Of a stretch of DNA of 64,000 nucleotides, positions 17,340-27,238 are shown in pieces. Under the pieces are notes generated by a model. It did no database searches. It was given only the letters and a program-made list of their open reading frames with translations, and was not told the origin of the DNA. The DNA is from Alphaproteobacteria bacterium (lineage in GTDB: Bacteria; Pseudomonadota; Alphaproteobacteria; SP197): assembly GCA_965228895.1 (NCBI GenBank), contig OZ245842.1, positions 2,272,001 to 2,336,000 of the forward strand, written 5' to 3'. Numbering within the stretch: the stretch's first letter is position 1; the number at the start of each line of letters is the position of its first letter. Position numbers and translations under genes: made by a program.

Positions 17340-17920
17340 ACGAGAATCTTGTCGAGATAGGCGTTGAGGTGCGCGACCTGACGCTCGGCAGGCCACTCCT
17401 TGGCATCGAGCACCGCGCGCAGGCCGATGCCATTGACCAGGGCGACGATCGTCTCGGCCTCGAACGCGATATCGACATCCGGTGCCAGGAGACCGGCGTC
17501 CGCCACCAGGTTCAACCGCTCAACAAGCGTGTTGAACCAGCGCACATGCATGTCGCGCTGGCGGCGGTTCAAAGCGGCGCTTGAGAATGTCCTCGTCCAG
17601 AAACTGTACCAAACTTTGATACCCTCTCGACTCTCCCGGTGGAGCGGCAAGGTTTCGGCAAGGAACCCTCTGAGGTCGACGGGATCTTCCTCGACCGCGC
17701 GCGCCATACGCCGGTTGAGCCGTTGAATGACAAGGTCGAGAGCCGCCAGCATCACCGCATCCTTGTCGGCGAAGTAATGGGTGATGGCGCCGGTCGTGCA
17801 AGCGGCCTGGGCGCCGATATCACCCAGGGTCACGGCGTCGATGCCTTGGCGCGCGATCACTTTACAGGCCGCCGCCGCGATAACTTCTCGTCGCTCGTCG
17901 TGATCAACAACTCGGGGCAT
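17327..17920 (-). CDS. TetR-family transcriptional regulator (BetI-like C-terminal domain)
   Basis: MPRVVDHDERR, N-terminal HTH, TGAITHYFADKD; divergent from the acyl-CoA operon. Confidence 0.92.
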   Translation of the reverse strand: MPRVVDHDERREVIAAAACKVIARQGIDAVTLGDIGAQAACTTGAITHYFADKDAVMLAALDLVIQRLNRRMARAVEEDPVDLRGFLAETLPLHRESREGIKVWYSFWTRTFSSAALNRRQRDMHVRWFNTLVERLNLVADAGLLAPDVDIAFEAETIVALVNGIGLRAVLDAKEWPAERQVAHLNAYLDKILVQPG

Positions 17921-17944
17921 AGATTTTTACAAAACCAAGGTTAC

Positions 17945-17958
17945 ATAATAAGGATTAT
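17945..17958. promoter_or_regulatory. Candidate TetR operator
   Basis: Inverted repeat ATAAT-AAGG-ATTAT in the AT-rich gap between divergent tetR and the first acyl-CoA dehydrogenase. Confidence 0.45.
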
Positions 17959-18012
17959 ATTATAGATTTTGTGGCCGAATCGCAATGTCGGCATCGCAAG
18001 GGAGGCTCAATC

Positions 18013-19182
18013 ATGGACATGGCTCTCAGCAAAGATGATCTGGATGTCCGGGACCGCGCCCGCGAACTTGCCCGGAAGTTCCTGTTTCCGGTCGAAGAGG
18101 AACTTGATGAGAACGACTACTTGCCGCCGGAAAAAGAGCAGGTCATTCACGACGCGGTTCTCGACTATCGCCTGAACGCGATCAATCACAGCCCCAAACA
18201 CGGCGGCCAGGGCATGACGATCGTGCAGCAGTGTATCGTCAACGAGGAGGTCGGTGCCTCAACCGGCGCGTTGTGGGGCCGTGTCTGGCAACCGCCCATG
18301 TGTCTGAAGGACGGTAGCCCGGAGCAGATCGAAAAGTATCTGCTTCCGGCCTGCGCAGGCGACCTGAAGACCGCCTTCTGCACGTCGGAACCGACCGCGG
18401 GTTCGGATGCCGGTGGGGTTCGCACGAACGCGGTCCTGGATGGCAACCAGTACGTCATCAACGGCGAGAAGTGTTTTGCGAGCGGTGCGGAGTATGCCGA
18501 TCTGTCGCTCCTGACCACGATTGTCGACGGCGACTCAGCAAAACCGACCTTGTTCTTGATCGACAAAGGCACGGAAGGTTTCAACATCAGGCGCCTGCCG
18601 CGCTTCTCCCAACGCTCCGGCCATGGCCATCCCGAAGTCGATATCGAGGATATGCGGGTGCCAGCGAGTCAGATCCTCGGCGAGGTTGGTCAGGGTTTCG
18701 AACTGACCAAAGATTGGTTCGTCGAGGCCCGCCTGGCGATCGCCGCCCGCAGCATCGGCATGGCCGTCCGCGCGACCGAGTTGGCCAACGCATGGGCCAA
18801 CGAACGTCAGCAGTTCGGCCAGAAGATCATCGCGTTTCAGGCGGTCGAGTTCATGATCGCCGAGATGGCGACCGACATCATGGCCGGCAAGAGCATGCTC
18901 TATCGCGTCGCCGCCGAGATCGATGCCGGTCTGGACCGCAAGCAGGCCCATGCTAAGGCAAGCGCCATCAAATTGTTCTGCTCGGAAGTCGGATGGCGTG
19001 TGGTCGACAAGGCGGTTCAGATCTTCGGCGGGCGCGGCACCATGTGCGAAAACCCGGTCGAACGGCTCTACCGCGACGTCCGCGTGGAACGCATCTGGGA
19101 GGGCACGTCGGAGATCCAGAAGGTCGTCATCGGCGGCCAAGTCGCCAAGCGCGGGCTGGATATGTATGTCGGCTGGAACTGA
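18013..19182 (+). CDS. Acyl-CoA dehydrogenase
   Basis: GGGAGG RBS; SEPTAGSD, INGEKCF, RQQFG, QIFGGRG, RIWEGTSEIQK. Confidence 0.95.
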   Translation: MDMALSKDDLDVRDRARELARKFLFPVEEELDENDYLPPEKEQVIHDAVLDYRLNAINHSPKHGGQGMTIVQQCIVNEEVGASTGALWGRVWQPPMCLKDGSPEQIEKYLLPACAGDLKTAFCTSEPTAGSDAGGVRTNAVLDGNQYVINGEKCFASGAEYADLSLLTTIVDGDSAKPTLFLIDKGTEGFNIRRLPRFSQRSGHGHPEVDIEDMRVPASQILGEVGQGFELTKDWFVEARLAIAARSIGMAVRATELANAWANERQQFGQKIIAFQAVEFMIAEMATDIMAGKSMLYRVAAEIDAGLDRKQAHAKASAIKLFCSEVGWRVVDKAVQIFGGRGTMCENPVERLYRDVRVERIWEGTSEIQKVVIGGQVAKRGLDMYVGWN

Positions 19183-19270
19183 TGCCCCGCCCTCGCTTCT
19201 TTGATTGACGGCGGGCCACCCCTGCTCTCCCATACTTCCGACATTTACGTTGCCTAGGGCCACGCACTCT

Positions 19271-20443
19271 ATGGACGATCGCTTTACCGATACCGACCGT
19301 GACATCCGCCGTCGCGCGGCTGAGTTCACGGACACGTACCTTATTCCCCTGGAGGAGCCGACCGAGGAACGCGGCGGTCACTGGAGTTGGGCGGAGACCC
19401 AGCACGTGCGCGATGCGGCTGTCGAATACGGCCTCTCCGCCATCAACATCAAGAAGGAGTACGGCGGTCAGGAGTTCACGGTCCTGCAACAAATCCTGGT
19501 GCACGAGGAGATCGGCCGGGCGACTAACGGTCTCTTCGCCCTGCTCCCCTTCCCCCATGTGCCCCTGCAGCACGGCACCAAAGAACAAATCGACGGTTAT
19601 CTACGGCCGATGTGCGCGGGCAAGATTCGCTCGGCGTTTCTGGTGACCGAAGAAGGCGCGGGCTCCGATCCGCGTCAGGTCAAGACGAAAGCGATGCGCA
19701 AGGGCAACGGGTTCGTGGTGACCGGCGAGAAGTGGTTCGCGACATCAGCCGACGTTTCCCAGGTGCAGATCGTCCACGCCCATGTCGACGATGACCCCGG
19801 TCAGCCGACCCTGTTCTTGATCCCGACCGCCCGCGATGGCGTCACCATCAAGGAACTGCCCACCTTCACCCACAACTATGTCTTTGGCCATCCGGTGATG
19901 GCCTTCGACGAGGTCGAGGTCGGCGCCGATGAAATCCTCGGTGAAGTCGGCCAAGGTTACGAGCTGACCAAGGATTGGTTTGTCGAGGCACGGCTTGAGA
20001 TCTGCGCCCACTGCATCGGCCAATCCCGGCGCGCGGCCCTGGTCGCCAACGCCTGGGCCGGTGAGCGTGAGCAGTTCGGTCAGAAGATCCAGGACTTCCA
20101 GGCGATCCGTTTCATGATCGCCGACATGGCCGTCGCCATTTATGCCATGCAGAGCATGGTCTATCGCCTGGCCGGTGACATTGACCGCGGAATCGACCGC
20201 AAGACCGCACATGCCCAGGCGAGCGCCGCCAAGCTGTTTTGTTCCGAACAAGCCGGCAAGGTCGTCGACGGCGCCGTCCAGATCCTGGGCGGACGCGGCT
20301 ACATGCGCAAGAATCCGGTCGAACGCCTTTATCGCGATGTGCGTGTCGAGCGCATTTGGGAGGGCACCTCCGAGGTGCAGCGCGATGTTATCGGCCGCAT
20401 GGTCGCCAAGCGCGGCCTGGGCCGTTACAGCCTGTGGGACTGA
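19271..20443 (+). CDS. Acyl-CoA dehydrogenase (paralog of upstream gene)
   Basis: TEEGAGSD, GEKWF, REQFG, QILGGRGY, RIWEGTSEVQR; start ATG 19271. Confidence 0.95.
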   Translation: MDDRFTDTDRDIRRRAAEFTDTYLIPLEEPTEERGGHWSWAETQHVRDAAVEYGLSAINIKKEYGGQEFTVLQQILVHEEIGRATNGLFALLPFPHVPLQHGTKEQIDGYLRPMCAGKIRSAFLVTEEGAGSDPRQVKTKAMRKGNGFVVTGEKWFATSADVSQVQIVHAHVDDDPGQPTLFLIPTARDGVTIKELPTFTHNYVFGHPVMAFDEVEVGADEILGEVGQGYELTKDWFVEARLEICAHCIGQSRRAALVANAWAGEREQFGQKIQDFQAIRFMIADMAVAIYAMQSMVYRLAGDIDRGIDRKTAHAQASAAKLFCSEQAGKVVDGAVQILGGRGYMRKNPVERLYRDVRVERIWEGTSEVQRDVIGRMVAKRGLGRYSLWD

Positions 20444-20445
20444 CC

Positions 20446-21696
20446 ATGAAACATCCGGAGTCGCTCAAGGAGATCGTCGAAAACGGCCTTTGCGTCGGCT
20501 GTGGTCTCTGCCAGTCGATCGCCGGGACCGACCGCGTCGAGATGACCATGGTCGACCCGCCGGGCCGGTTGCGGCCGCGTATCAAGGCGCCTCTCGACGA
20601 CGAGACGGAAAAGACCATCCTGGCGGCCTGCCCGGGTGCGTTGATCGACGAGCCCGTCGAAACCGATCGCCATGGCGCCGACGTAAAGGTCGACGCTTCC
20701 TTCGGTCCGTGGCGCCGCGTTTGGAAGGGCCATGCGAGCGAGCCCGAAATTCATCACATGGCATCGTCAGGAGGCTCGCTGACCGCGCTCGGTATCTTCC
20801 TTTTGGAGACCGGCAAGGTCGACTTCGTGCTGCACGTCGCCGCGTCAAAAGAAAAGCCCATGCGGACTGAACGACACTTGTCGTTCGATCGTGCTCAGGT
20901 TCTTGAAGGCGCGGGATCGCGTTATGGCCCTTCGTCGCCCTTGATCGATTTCACCGATCAGCTCGACAAGGGCAAACCCTTCGCGGTGATCGGCAAACCC
21001 TGCGACATCTCCGGCGTCCACAACATGCGCAAGGTCGATCCGCGCGTCGACGAGCTCGTCAAGTACACGATGGCGTTTTCCTGCGGCACGTTTGCCGATC
21101 TGCAGTGTTCACGCTGGATGCTGGATCGCCAGGGCGTCCCTGGCGGTGAGGAGAACCTCTCGCTGTTCCGTTACCGTGGTTATGGCTGTCCCGGGCCGAC
21201 GCGCGCGGTGACGAAGGACGGCCAGGTCTTCGACGAACCCTATCTGGATTTCTGGTATGGCCCGCACGGCTGGACCCACCAGTTCCGCTGCAAGATCTGC
21301 CCCGACCCGACCGGTGAAATGACGGATATCTCAATCTCCGATGCCTGGCCGGGCGGCGGACCGACCGAAGAAGAATGGGGTGGTTACAGCCTCTTCATCA
21401 GCCGCACGCTGAGGGGCGATGCGCTGATGCAAGAGGCGATCGATGCAGGCGCGATAACCGTCGAACCAAGCGACATGACGGCGCTCCATGATTGCCAGCC
21501 ACACCAGGCGGTCAAGAAAGACGGTATGAACGCGCGTCTTCAAGCCATCGAGGACGAAGGCGGCGTTGGCCCAGTCTATCGCCATGTCCGATTGGACGAA
21601 GCGGCGGCCCAACGGGACGGCGTGTTCTATGAGGAGAACCGGGCGGGCACGCGCGAGCGGATTCGAAAAGGTGTCAACCGTGAATCACTCCCCTGA
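20446..21696 (+). CDS. Coenzyme F420 hydrogenase/dehydrogenase beta subunit (FrhB/FdhB) family Fe-S flavoprotein
   Basis: Start MKHPESL; CVGCGLC...CPG ferredoxin-like N-terminus, ASSGG, GSRY, GKPCD, FSCG, YRGYGCPG, RCKICPD, ISISDAW. Confidence 0.88.
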   Translation: MKHPESLKEIVENGLCVGCGLCQSIAGTDRVEMTMVDPPGRLRPRIKAPLDDETEKTILAACPGALIDEPVETDRHGADVKVDASFGPWRRVWKGHASEPEIHHMASSGGSLTALGIFLLETGKVDFVLHVAASKEKPMRTERHLSFDRAQVLEGAGSRYGPSSPLIDFTDQLDKGKPFAVIGKPCDISGVHNMRKVDPRVDELVKYTMAFSCGTFADLQCSRWMLDRQGVPGGEENLSLFRYRGYGCPGPTRAVTKDGQVFDEPYLDFWYGPHGWTHQFRCKICPDPTGEMTDISISDAWPGGGPTEEEWGGYSLFISRTLRGDALMQEAIDAGAITVEPSDMTALHDCQPHQAVKKDGMNARLQAIEDEGGVGPVYRHVRLDEAAAQRDGVFYEENRAGTRERIRKGVNRESLP

Positions 21697-23800
21697 CCTC
21701 CCCATCCCTGATGCCCGCACCGTCCGGCGCGGCAACCTCAATCGCCTGCTCAAAGCACGAAGCCTTGTCTTCATTGGCGGCTCGGCGATGCGCGGCGGCG
21801 TCGCCTATTGTCGGGAGATGGGGTTTGACGGCGACGTATGGGTCGTCAATCCGACCTATGACGAGATCGGCGGCGTTGACTGTGTGCCATCGCTGCAGGA
21901 TCTTCCCGCTACACCGGATGCAGCGTTTCTTGCCGTCAACACGGAGCGTGCGATTGCCGTCACAGCGGAGCTCGCCGCCATGGGCGTGCCCGCGACTGTC
22001 TGCTACACCGCTGGTTTCGCCGAAGTCGATGAAGGGCGATTGCAAGCAGACCTGATTGAAGCGGCTGGCGATACCATGGCTGTCGTCGGTCCGAACTGCA
22101 TCGGAATCGTCAACTACTTCGACCGTGTGCCCGTGGCGATCGGCAATCACGGTATCGAACAGGCGGAGCGTGGCATCGCGGTGATCGCGCAAAGCGGCAC
22201 GATCACCATCAACATCGTCGGCAGCGACCGCTCGTTGCCGATCGGATACCTGCTCAGCATCGGCAATCAGGCCGTCATGGATATGGCTGACTATATCGAC
22301 GTGGTCGCCGATGACCCCCGTGTCTCTGCCATCGTGCTCTATGTCGAGGCGATCACGGATGTCCGCGCCTTTGCTGCGGCGGCCGCGAAAGCGTTTCACA
22401 AGGGCATCCCCATAGTCGCCCTGAAGGCTGGCATGTCGGAAACCGGCCGACGCATTGCCCTGAGCCACACCGGCTCCATGGCCGGCGCGCCGGAGCTTTA
22501 TCGGGCGTTGTTCGATCGTTTGGGCATCATCAGCGTCGCGTCGTTCTCCGAATTGCTGGAGGCCGTTAAGATTCTGGCCATGGATGCCGAGCCAGCCGGC
22601 AACCGACTGACGATCGAAACGTGCTCGGGAACCGATTCAGGCTATTGCGCCGATCTCGCCGAACGATACGGCATCGATTTGCCGCAGCCGGAAGGTGCGG
22701 TGAAGGAGGCGTTGCGCGCGGTGATTCCACCGATTGCCACGCCGATGAACCCGGTTGACGTAACGATGGTGCAGTGGACCGACCGTGAGGCACAGGCAAC
22801 GTCGTTGCTGACGCTTCTGCAGCAACCGAGCGACGCGGCGGCCTTGATCATCAACTTCCCGCGGGCTGTCTGGAAAGACACCTACATGCCCGCGATCAAC
22901 GCGATGATTGACGTCAAAGCCAAGACGTCCTTGCCCTGTTTTGTCATTTCGAACCTGGCCGAAGGTTTGCCGCAAGATGTGCGCGAGCATCTGATCGCCG
23001 ATGGCGTGGTACCGCTTCAAGGCATCGAAGACGGCCTTGCCGCGTTTGGCCGTATTGCCAATCACGTTCCACGCTGGAATGCGTTGCGCGAACACGGAGG
23101 CCCTGACGCAAGACTGCTGGATGGGCCGCCCGATGGCGGCGCCATGACGGCCCACGATGAATGGGCCAGTAAGGCCTGGCTGAAAAACGCCGGTATCGAA
23201 ACACCCGACGGACGGTTTGTCGCCGATGCGCGTGCAGCGGCCGCCGCGGCTGCCGACATCGGTTTCCCGGTTGCGCTTAAGGCGGCAGGCTCCACGTTGC
23301 AGCACAAGTCCGATGTCGGTGCTGTCGCCCTGGGTCTCGCTGATTCCGCGACCGTCGCAAACGTCGCGCAGGCGATGGCCGATGACGTTCCGGGTGTTGA
23401 GGGGTTCCTTGTCGAATCGATGGTTGGTGATGCGGTCGTTGAACTCATCGTCGGTCTGCGCCGTGATCCGCTGTTCGGCATGTCGCTGCTGATTGGCGCC
23501 GGCGGTATCTTCACCGAACTGATGCGCGACGTCGGCCATCTGCTGCTGCCGGTATCGCGCCAGGACATCCGCGCCGCCATCGAGGGTCTGAAAATCGCCC
23601 CCCTGTTGCATGGCTTTCGCGGGCGGCCGCCAGGTGACATCAACGCGCTGGTCGAGAGTATTCTCGGGTTGGTGTCTCATGTCGAAGCACACGGCCAGCA
23701 TGTCCTCGAGCTGGACATCAATCCGCTGCTGGTCCGCGCAGCCGGTCACGGGGTTGTTGCTGTCGATGCCTTGCTGATAACCCAGGACCCCGAACCATGA
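21680..23800 (+). CDS. Acetate--CoA ligase (NDP-forming acyl-CoA synthetase) family, fused alpha+beta
   Basis: CoA-binding N-terminus, GPNCIG, AQSG, SIGNQA, SHTGSMAG phospho-His, ATP-grasp HKSDVGAV, LDINPL; GTG start at 21680. Confidence 0.92.
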   Translation: MNHSPDLPIPDARTVRRGNLNRLLKARSLVFIGGSAMRGGVAYCREMGFDGDVWVVNPTYDEIGGVDCVPSLQDLPATPDAAFLAVNTERAIAVTAELAAMGVPATVCYTAGFAEVDEGRLQADLIEAAGDTMAVVGPNCIGIVNYFDRVPVAIGNHGIEQAERGIAVIAQSGTITINIVGSDRSLPIGYLLSIGNQAVMDMADYIDVVADDPRVSAIVLYVEAITDVRAFAAAAAKAFHKGIPIVALKAGMSETGRRIALSHTGSMAGAPELYRALFDRLGIISVASFSELLEAVKILAMDAEPAGNRLTIETCSGTDSGYCADLAERYGIDLPQPEGAVKEALRAVIPPIATPMNPVDVTMVQWTDREAQATSLLTLLQQPSDAAALIINFPRAVWKDTYMPAINAMIDVKAKTSLPCFVISNLAEGLPQDVREHLIADGVVPLQGIEDGLAAFGRIANHVPRWNALREHGGPDARLLDGPPDGGAMTAHDEWASKAWLKNAGIETPDGRFVADARAAAAAAADIGFPVALKAAGSTLQHKSDVGAVALGLADSATVANVAQAMADDVPGVEGFLVESMVGDAVVELIVGLRRDPLFGMSLLIGAGGIFTELMRDVGHLLLPVSRQDIRAAIEGLKIAPLLHGFRGRPPGDINALVESILGLVSHVEAHGQHVLELDINPLLVRAAGHGVVAVDALLITQDPEP

Positions 23801-24588
23801 CCGTTCCTGAGATCTTTGCGCCAGGCCTCTTCACCGGCCGGCATGCCGTGGTGACCGGTGGCGGCACCGGCATCGGCCTGGCCATTGCGCATGAGCTCGG
23901 TCGGCTGGGCGCGCGCGTCACGCTTGCCGCGCGGGACGAAACGCGCCTTGCCCGCGCCGCTGACGAACTGCGGCAAGACGGCATCGACGCCGCTTGGTAC
24001 GGCCTGAACATTCGCGACGGCGACGCGGTCAAGGCCTTTTGGACGCGTGTGCGCGACGAACGCGGTCTCCCAGACTTTCTGGTCAACAACGCCGGTGGCC
24101 AGTTTGGTGCGAAGGCCATCGATATCTCGCCCAACGGCTTCCGCGCCGTCATGGATCTTAACGTCCAGGGCACGTGGCAGATGTGCCATGCCTTTGCCTC
24201 TGATCTGATCGAAGCCGGCAAACCCGGCCGTATCGTCAACATCGTTTTTGCCCATACCCAGGCGATGCCCTATTTCGTCCACGCCGCCGCGGCGCGTGCC
24301 GCCGTCGTCAACATGACGCAGACCCTGGCGCTGGAGTGGGGTGAGCACGGCATTCTGGTGAACGCGGTCGGACCCGGCCCGGTCAAGACCGAGGCGGTCG
24401 AACAATATACCGACGCCATGAGCGGTGATCGCGTCATAGCGAAGATGCCCGTGCCACGCTGGGGTGAACCCCACGAGACCGCTTATGCCGTCGCGTTTCT
24501 GCTGTCGCCCGCCGGTGACTGGATTACCGGGATCCTGCTGCCCGTTGATGGTGGCGGCCAGCTTGCGGGTCGACGTTTCGACGGATGA
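23797..24588 (+). CDS. Short-chain dehydrogenase (2,4-dienoyl-CoA reductase / citronellol dehydrogenase-like)
   Basis: TGGGTGIG, NNAGGQF, ISPNGF; HAAAAR in place of YxxxK; ATGA overlap with the ligase. Confidence 0.88.
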   Translation: MTVPEIFAPGLFTGRHAVVTGGGTGIGLAIAHELGRLGARVTLAARDETRLARAADELRQDGIDAAWYGLNIRDGDAVKAFWTRVRDERGLPDFLVNNAGGQFGAKAIDISPNGFRAVMDLNVQGTWQMCHAFASDLIEAGKPGRIVNIVFAHTQAMPYFVHAAAARAAVVNMTQTLALEWGEHGILVNAVGPGPVKTEAVEQYTDAMSGDRVIAKMPVPRWGEPHETAYAVAFLLSPAGDWITGILLPVDGGGQLAGRRFDG

Positions 24589-24600
24589 TGCAGCCGTTCA

Positions 24601-24651
24601 GGCTCTGTGGTGCCACGAGCGCTTGGCGATCCCGCAGAGCCCACCCGCCAT
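24601..24651. terminator. GC-rich stem-loop after the SDR gene
   Basis: GGCTCTGTGG...CCGCAGAGCC with inner TGCCA/TGGCG pairing; no U-tract. Confidence 0.3.
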
Positions 24652-24742
24652 CAGCACGTGAGGCATTTGGGTTGACGAATCCTGGTGTGGCTGCAATGCA
24701 GAGGCCGAGGGTTGTTGACGCTACCAAGGGGCCGTGACGTCG

Positions 24743-24934
24743 ATGAAACAGGTGGTCTTCGTGGTTTCGCTGGCTTTGTTGGCTGGTGCGTGCAGTTTTC
24801 CCAACGCATTTTCGGCAGCCGACCGCAAGTACTACCGGGCCAATGTGTGCACGCAATACCTGTCGCCTGAATCGACCACACCCAATCTTGCGGGACGCGG
24901 CAGATCCTGTGTCGTGAACTCCCGCAATCAATGA
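24743..24934 (+). CDS. Small putative lipoprotein
   Basis: MKQVVFVVSLALLAGAC signal with relaxed lipobox; 63 aa; two more Cys. Confidence 0.5.
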   Translation: MKQVVFVVSLALLAGACSFPNAFSAADRKYYRANVCTQYLSPESTTPNLAGRGRSCVVNSRNQ

Positions 24935-24935
24935 T

Positions 24936-26354
24936 ATGGGCGCACCTCGCGGTGGCCCTCAGTCCGAAGCGCGATCAAGCGTCTGGCTCAATGACGCTTT
25001 GGCGACCGAGAATGGCGGGCATGTAACGCCGCTGGACGGTTCGGTGCGCGCCGACATTTGCATTGTCGGCGGTGGCTACACCGGATTGTGGACGGCTCTG
25101 GAGCTCAAGGCGCGGGATCCCGCTCTCGACATCGTGGTTCTGGAAAAGGACCTTTGTGGATCCGGCGGCAGTGGCGCCAATGCCGGTTATGCGCTGTCGA
25201 TCTGGCTGCAGTTTCCCCTGCTCGACAAAATGTATGGCACCGAGGAGGCGCTGCGCTTATGCCGCGCCAGCGACGATGAACTATCTGCTATCGGGTCATT
25301 TAGCCAAGAGCACGGCATCGATACGCAGTTCAACCGGCAGGGCGCGATCTGGGGCGCGACGTGCGAGGCCCAGTCAGGCCACTGGAACCCCATGCTGGAG
25401 AGCCTGGAACGTCATCAGGTCCGCCACTACAAACGCGTTGATCGCGATGAGATCGCGGCGATGACAGGCACCACCGCCCATGTTGCCGGCGTGCTTGATC
25501 GCTCGGCCGCGATGATCCAGCCGGCGATGCTGGCGCGCGGGCTCCGTCGCGTTGCGCTTGAGCAAGGCGTCAGGGTCCATGAAAACTCGCCGATGGTCAG
25601 GCTTGAGAGGAAGCGCCCACCTGAGGTGGTGACGCCGCGCGGTACCGTCACCGCCGACAAGGTCATCCTGGCGCTTTATGCCTGGTCCCTGGGTGTGCGC
25701 GAGTTACGCTCAAGCATCATGGTGATTTGCACCGATGCGGCGATGACGGCGCCGGTACCAGACGCCTTGGACGACCTGGGATGGCGCAGCGGACCGGCTT
25801 TGATGGACTCGCGGACCTTTGTCGAAGCCTATCGCACCACGGAGAACGGACGGGTCATGTGGACCAAGTCCGGCGGTGCGATGCCCTATGGCGACCGGGT
25901 CGATCCCTGCCTGAAGGATATCTCGCGCCCGCTCGATGATCTGCGCCAGGTTCTCCACGCACCCTACCCTGGCCTGTCGGGTCGTCCGGTAACGGGCACC
26001 TGGGCGGGACCCATCGACCGAACGCGCGACGGTCTTCCCATGTTCGGTGCCTTATCGTCAGCGCCCGATATTCTCTATGGCTACGGCTATTCCGGCGCCG
26101 GGATCGTGTTCTCCAAGCTGGGTAGCCACATTCTGGCGTCCCTGGCACTGGAGACTGAGGACGCCTGGTCGCGTGGCGGTCTGGTCAGGCCGGTTCAGGG
26201 CGGTTTTCCCCGCGAACCCGCGCGTTACGTGGGCGCCCACATGGTCCGCGCCGCAATCGCCCGCAAGGATCGCCTGGACCATGAAGGCCGTGAGGTCGGC
26301 CCGATCACCCGAGGACTGCTCAAGTTCAAGCCGCAGAGCTACAAGCCGACTTAG
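24936..26354 (+). CDS. FAD-dependent oxidoreductase (DadA/PuuB-OrdL-like amine oxidase family)
   Basis: DICIVGGGYTGLWTA, GSGGSGANAG, QPAMLARGL, WAGPIDRT, GYSGAG. Confidence 0.9.
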   Translation: MGAPRGGPQSEARSSVWLNDALATENGGHVTPLDGSVRADICIVGGGYTGLWTALELKARDPALDIVVLEKDLCGSGGSGANAGYALSIWLQFPLLDKMYGTEEALRLCRASDDELSAIGSFSQEHGIDTQFNRQGAIWGATCEAQSGHWNPMLESLERHQVRHYKRVDRDEIAAMTGTTAHVAGVLDRSAAMIQPAMLARGLRRVALEQGVRVHENSPMVRLERKRPPEVVTPRGTVTADKVILALYAWSLGVRELRSSIMVICTDAAMTAPVPDALDDLGWRSGPALMDSRTFVEAYRTTENGRVMWTKSGGAMPYGDRVDPCLKDISRPLDDLRQVLHAPYPGLSGRPVTGTWAGPIDRTRDGLPMFGALSSAPDILYGYGYSGAGIVFSKLGSHILASLALETEDAWSRGGLVRPVQGGFPREPARYVGAHMVRAAIARKDRLDHEGREVGPITRGLLKFKPQSYKPT

Positions 26355-26493
26355 AGCGTCGGGGTGCATGTTCGTCACGCCCCTTCTTTGGAGCGTGTGC
26401 CAATGCTTAGCTTTGATTGGACATCACGGGTTCGTGAGACTATGTTGAACCTCAAGAACAGGGCCTAACCATCGGGCCGAACAGAGGTTTTCG

Positions 26494-27180
26494 ATGCTAG
26501 TCAACTTCTTCCCACTGACTGTCTACAAAGAAAAAGTCGGCCTGGACGACAAGACGCGCAAGCTCTTTGCGTCAATTATTGCCGACCAGCAGAAGGCGAC
26601 AGGCAAGGATGAGGACAACCCCAATGAAACGTGGGTTGGCGGACTGCATGGCGAGCTATCGCTCCATCTCGCCGACGAGTTTCAGCCGCTCACCCGAGAG
26701 TACTCCAAGCACCTTAAGGCCTACCTGTCGCATCTCGGCTTTGTCGACAATGACCTCGATGTCTTTATCACCCGCAGTTGGGGCACCTATGGCCTAGCCA
26801 ATGAAGCAATCTCCCAGCATAGGCATACAAGCTCAGCTCTCTCGATCGCCTATTATGTTTCGTTGCCGGAAGGCAGTGCCAACATTACTTTCAGTACTGA
26901 TTATCACCAAAACGAACCTATCCCGGGTTTGTTCCGCGAGGGACTGGTCAATCGGAAGATCGACCCCAGGAATCCGCTGTCGGCGATTAATGCGATGATC
27001 GAGGTGGAGGAAGACGACATGGTGATCTTTCCGTCGCATATGATGCACGGCGTCCGCCCGGGCCAGCAGAATGCGCCGCGCATCTCGATAGCATGCGACA
27101 CGGTTTTCCTGACCAAGACTGTCACGAATTCCGAGAAGATTCTGCCGCCGGTAACGAACTGGAAGAACGTTAGCTGGTGA
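26494..27180 (+). CDS. Putative 2OG-Fe(II) oxygenase (TIGR02466-like)
   Basis: N-terminal FFPLTVY; HRH...LSIAYYV; IFPSHMMHGV; RISIA. Confidence 0.8.
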   Translation: MLVNFFPLTVYKEKVGLDDKTRKLFASIIADQQKATGKDEDNPNETWVGGLHGELSLHLADEFQPLTREYSKHLKAYLSHLGFVDNDLDVFITRSWGTYGLANEAISQHRHTSSALSIAYYVSLPEGSANITFSTDYHQNEPIPGLFREGLVNRKIDPRNPLSAINAMIEVEEDDMVIFPSHMMHGVRPGQQNAPRISIACDTVFLTKTVTNSEKILPPVTNWKNVSW

Positions 27181-27238
27181 CGCCTGCCGCATGCAGCGAG
27201 TACAAAGCCCTCGCCCGCAAACGGGCCGGCGGCATGCT

